Program-made: the position numbers and the translations under genes | Assembly: GCA_030611415.1 (NCBI GenBank) | Contig: JAUWPW010000003.1 | Location: forward strand, 1-59,051 | DNA from: Candidatus Bipolaricaulota bacterium | GTDB lineage: Bacteria; Bipolaricaulota; Bipolaricaulia; UBA7950; UBA9294 | Direction of reading: 5' to 3' | Length of the DNA: 59,051 bases | The notes under the pieces: model-generated | The model's input: the letters and a program-made list of their open reading frames with translations, nothing else | Database searches by the model: none | Told to the model about the DNA's origin: nothing | Part shown: positions 27,584 to 38,053 of the stretch, piece after piece | How the letters are laid out: every line of letters starts with the position of its first letter | Numbering within the stretch: position 1 is the first letter of the stretch

Positions 27584-29422
27584 ATGAAAAAGCTAGTGCT
27601 AATTACGGCGAGTCTCTTGGTTGTCTTCTCCGCTTGTGCCGTTGCCTTGGCGCAGGGGTATGAGACCATGCCAGAGGATGCGCTGATCATTCCCCTGGGG
27701 GTAGAAGGTACGCTCTACGATTTCTTGGAGCCAGGGTTACGTGGTGGAACGATGTACATCTCTACTATCGGCGATCCCAAGAAGTGGAACCACACGACCT
27801 CGAAAGAGACGAGTACAACTCTGTACACGAGCCAGATGATGGCGGGATTAACCAACCAGAATCCGGTTAATGGCGCGATCGAACCGGAGCTTGCCAAGAG
27901 CTGGGATATCTCTGATGACGGTCTTGTGATCACCTTTCACCTGCGGCGTGGAATCATGTGGTCGGACGGGACGTTGTTTGGCGCGGATGACGTACTGTTT
28001 ACTTTCAATGACCTCATCTACAACGAGGACGTGGACACGAGTTCCCGCGACAATATCCAGCTTCCTGACGACACCTTCCCGGTAGTTGAGAAGGTAGACG
28101 ATCATACAGTGAAGGTGACGCTGTCCATGACCTTCCGCCCGATCCTAACCCAGATCGGTGTAGGCATAATGCCCAAACATAAGCTTGCCCAGTACGTCCA
28201 CAAGCTCAATCCGGACGTACCGGTAGGGACCTTTAACGAAACATGGGGTCTGGATACGGATCCCGCAGAACTGTGTGGACTAGGACCGTTCATCGTAGAG
28301 AGCTACGAGCCCGACCAGCAAGTGGTCATGCGGCGAAACCCTTACCACTATCGCTACGACGCAAATGGAACCCAGCTTCCCTACATTGATAAGTACGTCA
28401 TCCTAACGGTCGCAAGCCAGGATGTCTCGCTCCTCAAGTTCCGCAACGGTGAACTTGATGTCTTTGGTTGTCGTCCAGCCGATGTGCCGATCCTTAAGGC
28501 CGAAGAGGCAGCCAAGGATATCACCGTTATGGTAGCAAGAGACAAGCCAGTACTTGGGACCACATGGATTACCGTGAACCAAGACGTGGGGCTGGCCGAC
28601 GGGACCCGCGAGAACCTTCGTAACCTGTTCCGCAACAGGAAGTTCCGCATAGCCCTATGCCATGCAATGGACAAGGAAACGATGATTAACAATCTGGTAA
28701 ACGGATTGGCTGTGCCTCAGTGGAGTCCGGTCAGCCTCTTATCACCATTCTACGCTGGAAGGGACTACTACGGGGGCCCGATAACCGAGACGAACGCGGT
28801 CATCTTCGAGTACGATTTGGACAAGGCCGCGTCTCTTCTTGACGAGATCGGGATCATCGACCGTAATGGCGACGGCTGGCGCGACTTCGAGGATGGGACA
28901 ACTGTCGAGATGGAGTTCAACACTAACGTTGGAAATACCGTACGTGAAGGGGCGATCCTCATCATCGTCGATGACCTGAACAAGATCGGCCTCAAGGCCA
29001 TCGCGAACCCCATCGACTTTAATACCCTAGTGACCAAGCTCCTTAGCGCAGACTACGACTTCGTCTATCTCGGTCTGACTGGCGGCACGGAGCCAAACTC
29101 CGGTGGAAACGTCTACCGTCCGTGCGGAACTCTCCACGCCTGGCACTACTCCGCATGCGAGGAGCCCTATGAAGTGGAGAAGCGAATCGACGAACTTCTT
29201 GACGCCGGAGTGGCAACCCTCGACAACGACAAGGCGTTCGAGGCCTATAAGGAATACCAGATAACTCTAGCTGGAGAAGATTTGGGTCTTTTGTACACAT
29301 TTAACAACGCCTATACGTACGTCTATTACAACTACGTTGGAAACGCGCAGGTCGCTAGTCCACTCGGCTCACCGAGTAGCTTCTACGGTTTGACGTGGGA
29401 CTTGGTGTTCAAGAAGGGCTAG
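27584..29422 (+). CDS. ABC transporter substrate-binding protein, family 5 (oligopeptide/dipeptide/nickel type)
   Basis: 612 aa with signal peptide MKKLVLITASLLVVFSACAVALAQG and SBP_bac_5-like architecture. Followed by DppB/DppC-type permease genes. Confidence 0.88.
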   Translation: MKKLVLITASLLVVFSACAVALAQGYETMPEDALIIPLGVEGTLYDFLEPGLRGGTMYISTIGDPKKWNHTTSKETSTTLYTSQMMAGLTNQNPVNGAIEPELAKSWDISDDGLVITFHLRRGIMWSDGTLFGADDVLFTFNDLIYNEDVDTSSRDNIQLPDDTFPVVEKVDDHTVKVTLSMTFRPILTQIGVGIMPKHKLAQYVHKLNPDVPVGTFNETWGLDTDPAELCGLGPFIVESYEPDQQVVMRRNPYHYRYDANGTQLPYIDKYVILTVASQDVSLLKFRNGELDVFGCRPADVPILKAEEAAKDITVMVARDKPVLGTTWITVNQDVGLADGTRENLRNLFRNRKFRIALCHAMDKETMINNLVNGLAVPQWSPVSLLSPFYAGRDYYGGPITETNAVIFEYDLDKAASLLDEIGIIDRNGDGWRDFEDGTTVEMEFNTNVGNTVREGAILIIVDDLNKIGLKAIANPIDFNTLVTKLLSADYDFVYLGLTGGTEPNSGGNVYRPCGTLHAWHYSACEEPYEVEKRIDELLDAGVATLDNDKAFEAYKEYQITLAGEDLGLLYTFNNAYTYVYYNYVGNAQVASPLGSPSSFYGLTWDLVFKKG

Positions 29423-29444
29423 AATGTCAATCTATTAATCAATT

Positions 29445-29474
29445 GGCGGGGCACTCACTTAGGCGTGCCCCGCC
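29445..29474 (+). promoter_or_regulatory. Perfect 10-bp GC-rich intercistronic stem-loop after the SBP gene
   Basis: GGCGGGGCAC (29445..29454), 10-nt loop, GTGCCCCGCC (29465..29474). There is no following U-tract, so it is more likely an mRNA-stabilising or attenuating element than a full terminator. Confidence 0.55.
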
Positions 29475-29497
29475 GTATCTGAAAAAGGGATCTATCA

Positions 29498-30490
29498 GTG
29501 CTTGCATACATCATCCGGCGGACCCTATATATGCTACCACTACTGGTCCTCGTGTCGTTGTTCTCGTTCGCCATAATTCAGCTCATGCCGGGGGACTACC
29601 TGACACGGGCAAGGCTAGACCCACAGATCAAGCAGGAGACTCTTAACGCGTTGGCGCGTCGCTACGGGCTTGATAAGCCGTTTATGACTCGGTACTTGGC
29701 CTGGGTCAAGGGAATCCTTACTCGTGGCGATTTCGGCACATCATTTGAGACAAGGCAACCGGTATTCTTTACCCTGTTTCTGGGAAGTCGGCTGCAGTGG
29801 ACGTTGGTGGTGTCGATCTCTACCATGATCATCACATGGCTTTTTGCCATCCCCCTTGGAATCTACTCTGCTACCCATCAATACAAGGCGAGTGACCATG
29901 GTCTTACTTTCTTCGGGTTTCTTGGGCTCTCCATTCCTAACTTCTTCTTCGCACTGGTGGTTCTCTGGCTTCTAGTTGCGGTCTTTAAGGTGGGAAACTA
30001 CGGCCTGGGAATTGGAGGGTTGTTTGATAATCGGTTCATTGCAGCTCCCTGGTCACTTGCCAAGATTGGGAACCTCCTATGGCACATCTGGCCGGCGTGG
30101 TTAGTCATCGGAACATCAGGGATGGCTGGCTTGTTACGCTATATGAGAGGGAGTCTTCTTGATACCTTGTCCCTTCAGTACGTCCAGACAGCACGCGCCA
30201 AGGGACTTTCCGAACACATTGTAGTTTATAAACATGCAGTGCGAAATGCGATTAACCCCCTTATCAGCATGCTCGGGATGACGCTTCCTAACTTGGTTGC
30301 TGGCTCACTCGTTACTGCTATTGTCCTCAATCTGCCAACGGTGGAACGTGCATTCTGGAGTGCATTACAGATGCAGGACGAATACGTAATTATGGGCGGA
30401 CTCCTCTTCTTTAGTTTGTTTCTGCTACTTGGAAATCTATTGGCCGACATCTTGCTTGCGTGGGTTGACCCACGGATTCGTTACAACTGA
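29498..30490 (+). CDS. ABC transporter permease (DppB/OppB type)
   Basis: 330 aa. N-terminal MLAYIIRRTLYMLPLLVLVSLFSFAIIQLMPGD is typical of this family. Contains an EAA-type loop (TARAKGLSE). GTG start. Confidence 0.9.
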   Translation: MLAYIIRRTLYMLPLLVLVSLFSFAIIQLMPGDYLTRARLDPQIKQETLNALARRYGLDKPFMTRYLAWVKGILTRGDFGTSFETRQPVFFTLFLGSRLQWTLVVSISTMIITWLFAIPLGIYSATHQYKASDHGLTFFGFLGLSIPNFFFALVVLWLLVAVFKVGNYGLGIGGLFDNRFIAAPWSLAKIGNLLWHIWPAWLVIGTSGMAGLLRYMRGSLLDTLSLQYVQTARAKGLSEHIVVYKHAVRNAINPLISMLGMTLPNLVAGSLVTAIVLNLPTVERAFWSALQMQDEYVIMGGLLFFSLFLLLGNLLADILLAWVDPRIRYN

Positions 30491-30514
30491 GCGCTTTGGG
30501 GAGATTATCAGATC

Positions 30515-31663
30515 GTGATAGGGCTGCGGAGAAAGAAGGGGTTAAAGGAAGAACTGGAATACCGTGAGTACGTGAGCCTCTCTCAGGGGCAGATGATTTG
30601 GCGAGCGTTCAGGAAACATCGACTGGGAAACATTGGTACAGTAATCGTTCTACTTCTGGTCGCTGCCGCCTTTTTTGCGGAGTTCTTTGCGCCGTATCAC
30701 TACGCGGAGCAGTTTCGTTTGTACCCGTTCTCACCGCCTACTACGTTTCACTTCCGTAGCGAAGACAGTTTTACGCTTCGCCCGTTTGTCTACAAGACTA
30801 CTCGTGAGTTTGATCCGGAGACATATCAACCAACCTTTGTTGAGGATAGCAGCAAGAAGTACCACATCCGCTTCTTTGTCCGGGGTTACGAATACCGTCT
30901 GTTGGGCCTGTTTAAGACAAACGTGCACCTATTTGGGGCCCGAGCAAACGATGGCTCCGAGGTGCCGGTCTTTCTCCTTGGTACCGATACGTTTGGGCGT
31001 GATCTATTATCACGGACGATGATCGGAGGAAGAATCTCACTTGCCGTCGGACCACTGGTTATCCTGTTTAGCTTTCCGCTCTCCATCGTCCTTGGGGGGT
31101 TATCCGGCTACTATGGAGGTGGGATTGATATGTTTCTACAGAGGTTTGGAGAGGCGTTCATGGCCATTCCTGCCCTACCAATTCTCCTTGCAATGGGCGC
31201 GGCCCTAAGTGGCTTCGGGCTTTCGTCTACGATGATCTTCCTCGGGATCATTGTCTCCCTCTCCCTTATTAGTTGGGCTGGAGGTGCTCGTGTTATTCGC
31301 GGGCAGGTCCTCGCCATCCGTGAGATGGACTTCGTCACTGCAGCTAGGGCAGCTGGGGCAAACGACCTGCGTATCATCCTGCGTCACATCACTCCGAATG
31401 TCATGAGCTATCTTGTCGTCGCCGCGACCCTTACCATTCCCTACATGATGCTTACCGAGGCAGCTCTCTCTTTCCTTGGTTACGGAGTCCGCGAGCCGAT
31501 GACAAGCTGGGGGCAGCTCTTAAACGCAGCGACGAACATCTCCGGAATCGAGGAACATCCGTGGCTTCTGATTCCAGGGATATTTATCGTGATCGCGGTA
31601 CTGGCGTTCAACTTCATGGGAGATGCCCTGCGCGACGCGGTCGACCCGTTCACCATTGTCTAG
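30515..31663 (+). CDS. ABC transporter permease (DppC/OppC type) with long periplasmic insert
   Basis: 382 aa. Binding-protein-dependent transport inner-membrane component with AARAAGANDLRIILRHITPN motif. GTG start. Confidence 0.88.
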   Translation: MIGLRRKKGLKEELEYREYVSLSQGQMIWRAFRKHRLGNIGTVIVLLLVAAAFFAEFFAPYHYAEQFRLYPFSPPTTFHFRSEDSFTLRPFVYKTTREFDPETYQPTFVEDSSKKYHIRFFVRGYEYRLLGLFKTNVHLFGARANDGSEVPVFLLGTDTFGRDLLSRTMIGGRISLAVGPLVILFSFPLSIVLGGLSGYYGGGIDMFLQRFGEAFMAIPALPILLAMGAALSGFGLSSTMIFLGIIVSLSLISWAGGARVIRGQVLAIREMDFVTAARAAGANDLRIILRHITPNVMSYLVVAATLTIPYMMLTEAALSFLGYGVREPMTSWGQLLNAATNISGIEEHPWLLIPGIFIVIAVLAFNFMGDALRDAVDPFTIV

Positions 31664-31746
31664 AATCGCACGTAAGCTTGCATCCAATCTAGGATTGCGG
31701 TAAGCTTTATGAGCATTCCCTTTATCAGTAGAAGGCGGTTTGTTGT

Positions 31747-34149
31747 ATGGAACGGATCGAGAGAACATTCATAGAAGAGGAGATGGAGAAGTCCTACATG
31801 AATTACGCAATGAGCGTAATTCGCGGGAGGGCCATTCCTGATGTACGCGATGGATTGAAGCCAGTACAGCGACGGATCCTTTATGGAGTCCATGAACTCG
31901 GTCTCACCCCTGGCAAACCGCATAAGAAGTCGGCGCGTATCGTCGGAGAGGTGATGGGAAAGTTCCATCCTCATGGTGACGTTGCCATCTATGATACCAT
32001 GGTAAACATGGCTCAGCCCTTCTCTTATCGTTATCCATTGATTGATGGACAGGGAAACTTTGGCTCAATCGATGGAGACCCATCAGCAGCGATGCGTTAC
32101 ACAGAGGCACGTCTCACGCCAATTGCCACCGAATTCCTGAAGGAACTGGAAGAAGAAACGGTTGATTGGATACCGAACTTCGACGAGTCGCTAGATGAGC
32201 CAGTTGTCCTCCCAGCAATGGTTCCTAACTTGCTAATGAACGGAGCTTGGGGAATCTCCGTTGGAATGACCACTCAGATCCCTCCTCATAATTTGGCAGA
32301 GCTCATCGATGGGATTATCTATCTAATGGATAATCCACACGCAATGGTGAAAGAGCTCCTTACCCATATCACAGGCCCTGACTTCCCTACAGGGGGGGTT
32401 ATCATGGGGAGACAGGGGATAGAGGAGATGTATCGTACCGGGCAAGGTAAGGTAACCGTACGCGGGAAGGCAACGATAGAAGATAGCAGAATCATCATTA
32501 GCGAGATCCCTTATCAAGTGAGGAAATCGACTATTGTGGAGTCTATTGCCAACAAGGTACGAGCGGGGGATATTGAAGGAATAGCTGATCTGCGAGACGA
32601 ATCAGATCGTGATGGGATGCGAGTAGTCATAGAGGTTAAACGGTCGGCTAACGCAGAAATTGTGCTGAATCAAATCTATAAATACACGCAACTTGAGCGT
32701 ACTTATGCCGCTGTTTTCCTGGTTATTCTCGATGGAAACCCTCGCACTCTTTCACTAAAAGAGATCCTAAACTGCTTTATTGACTTCCGTCGCGAAGTAG
32801 TACGTCGAAGGACTACCCACCGTTTGGATGTAGCGCGTAAGCGAGCACATATTCTAAGCGGGTACCGTATTGCCCTTGCTAGTATCGAACGTGTAATCGA
32901 GATCATACGTGCTGCAAAAGATACTAGGGCTGCGACTGCGAATCTGAAAGAGGAGCTTGCTCTGTCTGACGCACAGACCGATGCCATATTGAAAATGCGC
33001 CTTTCTCAGTTGACCACGCTTGAAGGGGAAAAGATTGACGCTGAGTATGAGGAAAAAGTCGCGGCGGTTGCTGAATATGAGAAGATCCTGGCGAGTGATG
33101 TGTTGTTGGATGAGACAATCAAAGGCGAGTTGCAAGAGATTGCTGATCGTTATGTTGATGAAAGGCATACACTGATTACGGACGAGCAAGGCAATATTGA
33201 CTTCATTAGCCTTATTCCTGATTATGAATTGATGGTGACTGTGACCAAGCGTGGCTATGCTAACGCCCCGCGTGAGTTGGAGTTCAAGAGCCAAGGGCGT
33301 GGCGGGAAAGGGGTTATTGGCCAGCGGACTAAGGAAGAAGATTACATCTGTTGTACTGCTATTGCCAATGCTCGTGATGAGCTCCTCGTGTTCAGTGATC
33401 GTACCCAAGTCTATAAGACACAGGGGTACAAACTACCTTCGTCAGGGCGTAGCGCCGCTGGCAAGAACCTACGCGGATTGGTCGGGCTTGGAGAAGATGA
33501 AGAGGTTTGTGCGATTCTCCCTGTTAGAGACTTCTCGGAGGTTGAAGGCCACCTTTGCTTAATGGCAACTTCTAAGGGGATCGTTAACAAGAATCGGCTG
33601 AGTGATTACTCTAATGCGCATCCTAACGGAATTATCGCTCTAAATGCTGCTCCCGATGATCGCTTGGTTTATGTAACAGGTACAATGGGTAATGGTGAAT
33701 TGATCCTTGCGACGCGCCATGGTAAGACGATCCGCTTTTCTGAACAAGATGTTCGATTGACCAGGCGCCCCTCGCACGGAGTAATTGGAATCAGGCTTGA
33801 TGTTGATGATTGGGTCATTGGGATGAGTGGCATTGATAGTGATATTACCATGGATAAGAAGTTGCTGATGGTAACTGAGCGCGGTTATGGTAAGCGTGTT
33901 TCGCTTGTTGATTTCCCGCTTCAGGGGCGCGGGGGAAAAGGTGTGCTCGGAATTAGGATTGACCGTGACTCAGGGCCGTTGGTGTCAATCGGAATTGTCA
34001 GTGCTCAGGATGAGATTATCATTATCACTGAACAGAAGGTTATTCGTATTATTGCTGGTGAGATCAATACCTATGGTCGCTATGCTCGCGGCGTACGTTT
34101 AATCGATTTGGCCGAAGATGACCACATTATCTCTGTAGTAAGAACCTAA
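31747..34149 (+). CDS. gyrA: DNA gyrase subunit A
   Basis: 800 aa. [26 protein letters not shown], the catalytic Tyr region ([10 protein letters not shown]), and the GyrA-box QGRGGKG in the C-terminal beta-pinwheel. Confidence 0.93.
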   Translation: MERIERTFIEEEMEKSYMNYAMSVIRGRAIPDVRDGLKPVQRRILYGVHELGLTPGKPHKKSARIVGEVMGKFHPHGDVAIYDTMVNMAQPFSYRYPLIDGQGNFGSIDGDPSAAMRYTEARLTPIATEFLKELEEETVDWIPNFDESLDEPVVLPAMVPNLLMNGAWGISVGMTTQIPPHNLAELIDGIIYLMDNPHAMVKELLTHITGPDFPTGGVIMGRQGIEEMYRTGQGKVTVRGKATIEDSRIIISEIPYQVRKSTIVESIANKVRAGDIEGIADLRDESDRDGMRVVIEVKRSANAEIVLNQIYKYTQLERTYAAVFLVILDGNPRTLSLKEILNCFIDFRREVVRRRTTHRLDVARKRAHILSGYRIALASIERVIEIIRAAKDTRAATANLKEELALSDAQTDAILKMRLSQLTTLEGEKIDAEYEEKVAAVAEYEKILASDVLLDETIKGELQEIADRYVDERHTLITDEQGNIDFISLIPDYELMVTVTKRGYANAPRELEFKSQGRGGKGVIGQRTKEEDYICCTAIANARDELLVFSDRTQVYKTQGYKLPSSGRSAAGKNLRGLVGLGEDEEVCAILPVRDFSEVEGHLCLMATSKGIVNKNRLSDYSNAHPNGIIALNAAPDDRLVYVTGTMGNGELILATRHGKTIRFSEQDVRLTRRPSHGVIGIRLDVDDWVIGMSGIDSDITMDKKLLMVTERGYGKRVSLVDFPLQGRGGKGVLGIRIDRDSGPLVSIGIVSAQDEIIIITEQKVIRIIAGEINTYGRYARGVRLIDLAEDDHIISVVRT

Positions 34150-34158
34150 GAGGCCTAC

Positions 34159-35352
34159 GTGAGAGCAATTGAGAACGACCTGGCTAGGATCGAGTCTGGC
34201 GTAAGTGACCTTATTCCACGCGATGGCCTGATCCGCAAACTTGAACGTTCGGTGAGAACAAGAAGGCCGTTACGTGTCAAGTTGGGAATCGATCCTTCCG
34301 CCCCACATCTTACCCTGGGGCATTCTGTGCCACTTCGCAAGATGCGCTTATTTCAAGACCTTGGGCATATTGGAGTGCTAGTGGTTGGTGATTTCACGCG
34401 ACGTATTGGTGATCCATCCGGTCAATGTTCCACGCGCGCGTTGATGAGCACAGAAGAAATCAGTCGCAATATGGCTACCTATCGAGAGCAAGCGTTCAAG
34501 ATCCTTGATCCGAAGAAGACCGAGATTCGCTATAACTCAGAGTGGCTAGAGAAACTTGGCTTTGCTGATGTGATTGCTCTCAGTTCTAAGTATACCGTTG
34601 CGCGCATGCTTGAACGAGATGACTTTTCAAAACGATTCTCCGCCAATCAGCCGATCAGTATCTTAGAGTTTCTGTATCCGCTTGCGCAAGCGTATGATTC
34701 AGTAGCGATTCATGCTGATATTGAGCTTGGTGGGAATGACCAGCGATTCAATTTGTTGCTCGGACGAGATATCCAGCGCGAATATGGTCAGGAACCGCAA
34801 GTAATCATTACGGTTCCCTTACTAATTGGGATCGATGGGGTAAGAAGCATGAGCCAGACTGTAGGGAATTATGTAGGGGTTAGTGAGAGACCAGGTGAAA
34901 TGTTTGGGAAGTTATTGGCAATTCCGGATGAGCTGGTTCATGATTACTTCTTCTATCTGACGGATGTTTCTTACGAAAGCGTGGCTAGCCTTTCACCGCG
35001 TGATGCCAAACGTAAGCTGGCATCGGAGATTGTAGCTATGTATCACGGAGAAGAGGTTGCCATTCGCGCGCGCGATGAGTTCGACCGGGTACACATTAGA
35101 CATGAACGCCCTAGCGAAGTTCCCAAAGTTACGATTGATCGCTTACTGGTGAAAGAAGATGGCTTAATCTGGGTGGTTGATCTTTTGCAAGCGTCGGGGA
35201 TGGTTACTAGCCGGGCCGAGGCAAAGCGGCTGATTGCCCAAGGCGGAGTGCGGATCAACAACAAGCGAGTGGCAACGGTCGATCTTGACCTGTTGTTTGA
35301 GCCTCCACTTCTAATCCAGGTAGGGAAGCGTTCATTTGCCGAAGCTGTATAA
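34159..35352 (+). CDS. tyrS: Tyrosine--tRNA ligase (type 2)
   Basis: 397 aa. HLTLGH (HIGH) motif, an MSQT (KMSKS-like) loop, and a C-terminal S4-like domain. GTG start 9 nt after gyrA, with AAGAGG upstream. Confidence 0.92.
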   Translation: MRAIENDLARIESGVSDLIPRDGLIRKLERSVRTRRPLRVKLGIDPSAPHLTLGHSVPLRKMRLFQDLGHIGVLVVGDFTRRIGDPSGQCSTRALMSTEEISRNMATYREQAFKILDPKKTEIRYNSEWLEKLGFADVIALSSKYTVARMLERDDFSKRFSANQPISILEFLYPLAQAYDSVAIHADIELGGNDQRFNLLLGRDIQREYGQEPQVIITVPLLIGIDGVRSMSQTVGNYVGVSERPGEMFGKLLAIPDELVHDYFFYLTDVSYESVASLSPRDAKRKLASEIVAMYHGEEVAIRARDEFDRVHIRHERPSEVPKVTIDRLLVKEDGLIWVVDLLQASGMVTSRAEAKRLIAQGGVRINNKRVATVDLDLLFEPPLLIQVGKRSFAEAV

Positions 35353-35444
35353 AGAGGAAGCTATCAGCAATTAGCTTTCAGCCATCAGCAGTCCGCCATC
35401 AATAATGGCTCCTCACGCTCCAGATCAGGTAAGAGGAAGCTATC
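35352..35444. repeat. Degenerate heptamer array (CNATCAG-like x6, 35361..35402) flanked by a 14-nt direct repeat AAGAGGAAGCTATC (35352..35365 and 35431..35444)
   Basis: Read directly: ctatcag caattag ctttcag ccatcag cagtccg ccatcaa. Lies in the convergent tyrS/rnfB spacer. Confidence 0.6.
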
Positions 35445-35481
35445 TTGACCTTGCTGTGAGGGCCTGGTTTTGGGCTGACGG

Positions 35482-36330
35482 CTAATCACTGATGGTTGAC
35501 ATCTCCCTGTACGCTGCTGTTTTCTTAATGATGTGCCGTGGACATTTTTCGATCGCTGCTGTCGCTGTTAGGCAATATTCTTTGTCAAAAGAAGGCAGAT
35601 CCTTTGTCTCATCCCAGGTAACCTCTCCCTCTTGAGAAACCTTGACGCAGATCTTGCAGTGAATGCATCCATCCGGACAGCGCTTTCGTCCAACTATATC
35701 TCGTGCCGCCCGGTAGTTGCAGCCTAGATACTGTGGCATATTTGCTGGCATGAGCTCGATTAGATTCTGTGGGCAAGCGCTGACACACAAGCCGCACCCA
35801 ATACACGTTTCCCAATCAACGATGGCAACTTTCCTCTCATTGTTGATCGAGATTGCTCCGGTTGGACAAACTGTAACGCAGTCTCCTAACCCAAGACAGC
35901 CATAAGGGCACTCTTTGTAGCCAGATGCGACTTGCGCTGCGCCCTGGCAAGTATTGATCCCTTTGTAATCTGCAAGCGCTTCTGATTTTCCAGTGCAGTG
36001 CACCACTGCTTTCTTACCAACCTTATTCTTGGCCTTCAACCCCAGGTAATCCTCAAGTCTGTGCATTCCCTCTTTGTCTTGGGCAAGTGTTGGACAAGGA
36101 TGGTTCACAAACACTTGCCGGTCCTTAGCTACTGCCTGCGCGTAGGCAAAACAGCCAGGATAACCGCAGGCACCACAGTCAGCGCCTGGCAAGAACTCTC
36201 TGATCCTGGCCGCTTCTTCCAACGACTTATCCTCCTTGGGTAAGAACTTGCTTGCCAGGAAGATCACTGTTCCGGCAACGAAGCCGATTAGGGTTAACAG
36301 CCCTACTGAAAGCACGGTTTGCGTGCTCAT
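35482..36330 (-). CDS. rnfB: Rnf complex subunit B (polyferredoxin)
   Basis: 282 aa. N-terminal TM, a CGACGYPGC 4Fe-4S motif, and several CxxCxxCxxxCP ferredoxin motifs. Last gene of the rnf operon. Confidence 0.9.
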   Translation of the reverse strand: MSTQTVLSVGLLTLIGFVAGTVIFLASKFLPKEDKSLEEAARIREFLPGADCGACGYPGCFAYAQAVAKDRQVFVNHPCPTLAQDKEGMHRLEDYLGLKAKNKVGKKAVVHCTGKSEALADYKGINTCQGAAQVASGYKECPYGCLGLGDCVTVCPTGAISINNERKVAIVDWETCIGCGLCVSACPQNLIELMPANMPQYLGCNYRAARDIVGRKRCPDGCIHCKICVKVSQEGEVTWDETKDLPSFDKEYCLTATAAIEKCPRHIIKKTAAYREMSTISD

Positions 36331-36905
36331 CCGATTATCCCTCCAAATGCCAGGAAACAGAGACCCAGGAGCATGGCAGTAATGAACGCGATTGGTGTTC
36401 CCTTAAATGCGAGAGGAGGGTCTGCCATATCTAGACGTTCCCTGATCCCGGACATAATGATAAGCACAAGAGTAAACCCTGCCCCTGCCCCGAGTGCGGC
36501 TATAATTGATTCGGGGAAGGTATAGGCCTGGTCAATATTGATAAATGTAATTCCTAGTACCGCGCAGTTGGTAGTGATAAGAGGCAGATAGATTCCAAGC
36601 GCGTTGTACAAGGTGAGGTTAGTGCGTTTGATCGTCATTTCGATGATCTGGACAAGGGATGCGATAACCAGGATAAAGATTACCGTTCGCATGAATTCCA
36701 CATTGTAAGGTACGAGGAGAAAGTGAAAGATCGGCCAGGTAACAACAGATGCGACAACCATCACTAACAATACAGCGATTCCCATGCTAAGCGCGCTCTT
36801 GAGCTTCTTGGAAACCCCAAAGAAAGGACACAGTCCCAAGAACTTTACTAGCACCATATTGTTTACCAGAGCCATGCCGAAAAAGATCGCGATAAGATTA
36901 CTCAC
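36327..36905 (-). CDS. rnfA: Rnf complex subunit A
   Basis: 192 aa. LVNNMVLVKFLGLCPFFGVS is typical of RnfA/NqrE. 4-nt overlap with rnfB. Confidence 0.92.
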   Translation of the reverse strand: MSNLIAIFFGMALVNNMVLVKFLGLCPFFGVSKKLKSALSMGIAVLLVMVVASVVTWPIFHFLLVPYNVEFMRTVIFILVIASLVQIIEMTIKRTNLTLYNALGIYLPLITTNCAVLGITFINIDQAYTFPESIIAALGAGAGFTLVLIIMSGIRERLDMADPPLAFKGTPIAFITAMLLGLCFLAFGGIIG

Positions 36906-37512
36906 CTGTGCTCACCCCCATCCATCTGAACAGGGCCAGCAAGACGCCGATAGCAAAGAATGCCCCCATCGGCAGTAGGAAGATTGTTACAGGGTTATCT
37001 CCCAGGCCAGGTACAGTGAACAAATGATGGCCAAATAGGTCGAGCGCCCCGGTTCCAAGTAGCTGTCTGATGAGCGAGATAAGGACTATTGCCCAAGCAA
37101 AACCCACTCCCATCCCCAGTGCGTCTGCGATTGAGTTGGTTGTGTTGTCCTTGCTAGCGAATGCCTCTGCCCTGCCAAGGATAATGCAGTTAACTACGAT
37201 CAATGGGATATACATGCCCAGAGATTTGCTTAGAGCTGGTATGAACCCTTGCAGTATGAGATCAACGATAGTTACTAATGTTGCAATAATCACGATAAAC
37301 ACGGGTATTCTGACACGAATGGGCACGTAGTTTCTGATCAGCGAGATTATGATGTTTGAAGCGAGCAACACAGAGGTGAACGCGGCGGCCATTCCCACGG
37401 CGTTATCCAATGATGTACTTACTGCCAACGTTGGACACAGACCCAAAAGGAGAATGAACGTTGGATTAGACCGGATGATTCCTTTTAGGAAGTTCTTTGT
37501 GAAGGAGTGCAT
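36898..37512 (-). CDS. rnfE: Rnf complex subunit E
   Basis: 204 aa. NPTFILLLGLCPTLAVSTS is typical of RnfE/NqrD. Confidence 0.92.
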   Translation of the reverse strand: MHSFTKNFLKGIIRSNPTFILLLGLCPTLAVSTSLDNAVGMAAAFTSVLLASNIIISLIRNYVPIRVRIPVFIVIIATLVTIVDLILQGFIPALSKSLGMYIPLIVVNCIILGRAEAFASKDNTTNSIADALGMGVGFAWAIVLISLIRQLLGTGALDLFGHHLFTVPGLGDNPVTIFLLPMGAFFAIGVLLALFRWMGVSTGE

Positions 37513-38052
37513 CTAGGTTTCCCTCCTTAACTGGTTTAGCTTATCGAGTATGGCCTTTCTTACTCCTTCTACCACGGCAGAGGAACTGATAGTAGCGCCG
37601 GTAATTGCGTCTACCTCTCCTCCTTTTCTTGTGAGCTCGACATCGTCCACGGCTAGCCCCGGGAACTGCTGAAGGAAGAAGGACTCGGCAATCCTTGATC
37701 CTAGCCCGGGGGTTTCTTGCTGAGAGATGATTCTTATCCCCCGCAGTGTTGTATCTGGTTCCAGTCCAACGAGGATTGATATTGCACCGCCATAGCCGCT
37801 TTTCTCGGCCATAAATGCGTAGCCAAGTGGTTGTTGCTCAGCCAAAGGAATGTACAAGTCACTTTTTTCATCGTAGGTGAAGCCTTCCATCTTTGGGAAT
37901 AAGGTGATAAGCATCTCGGCGATTTCATCTTTCTTTGCGAGTTCAATCTTATCCTTGGTGACTGCGTTTGTTAGGGTAAGCGCAACAATAGAGATGAAGA
38001 CAATGAGTGTCAGAAGCATGACCGGGTAAAATCCGTTCTTTCTTGCCCCCAC
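37513..38052 (-). CDS. rnfG: Rnf complex subunit G (FMN-binding)
   Basis: Flavinylation motif DAITGATISS. Start set at GTG 38052 (AAGGAGG 6 nt upstream, 1 nt after the rnfD stop). The track's 27 extra residues overlap rnfD. Confidence 0.9.
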   Translation of the reverse strand: MGARKNGFYPVMLLTLIVFISIVALTLTNAVTKDKIELAKKDEIAEMLITLFPKMEGFTYDEKSDLYIPLAEQQPLGYAFMAEKSGYGGAISILVGLEPDTTLRGIRIISQQETPGLGSRIAESFFLQQFPGLAVDDVELTRKGGEVDAITGATISSSAVVEGVRKAILDKLNQLRRET

Positions 38053-38053
38053 C

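Noticed and set aside
34150-34158. T-box leader upstream of tyrS
   Set aside because: tyrS starts 9 nt after gyrA, so there is no space for a roughly 200-nt T-box.
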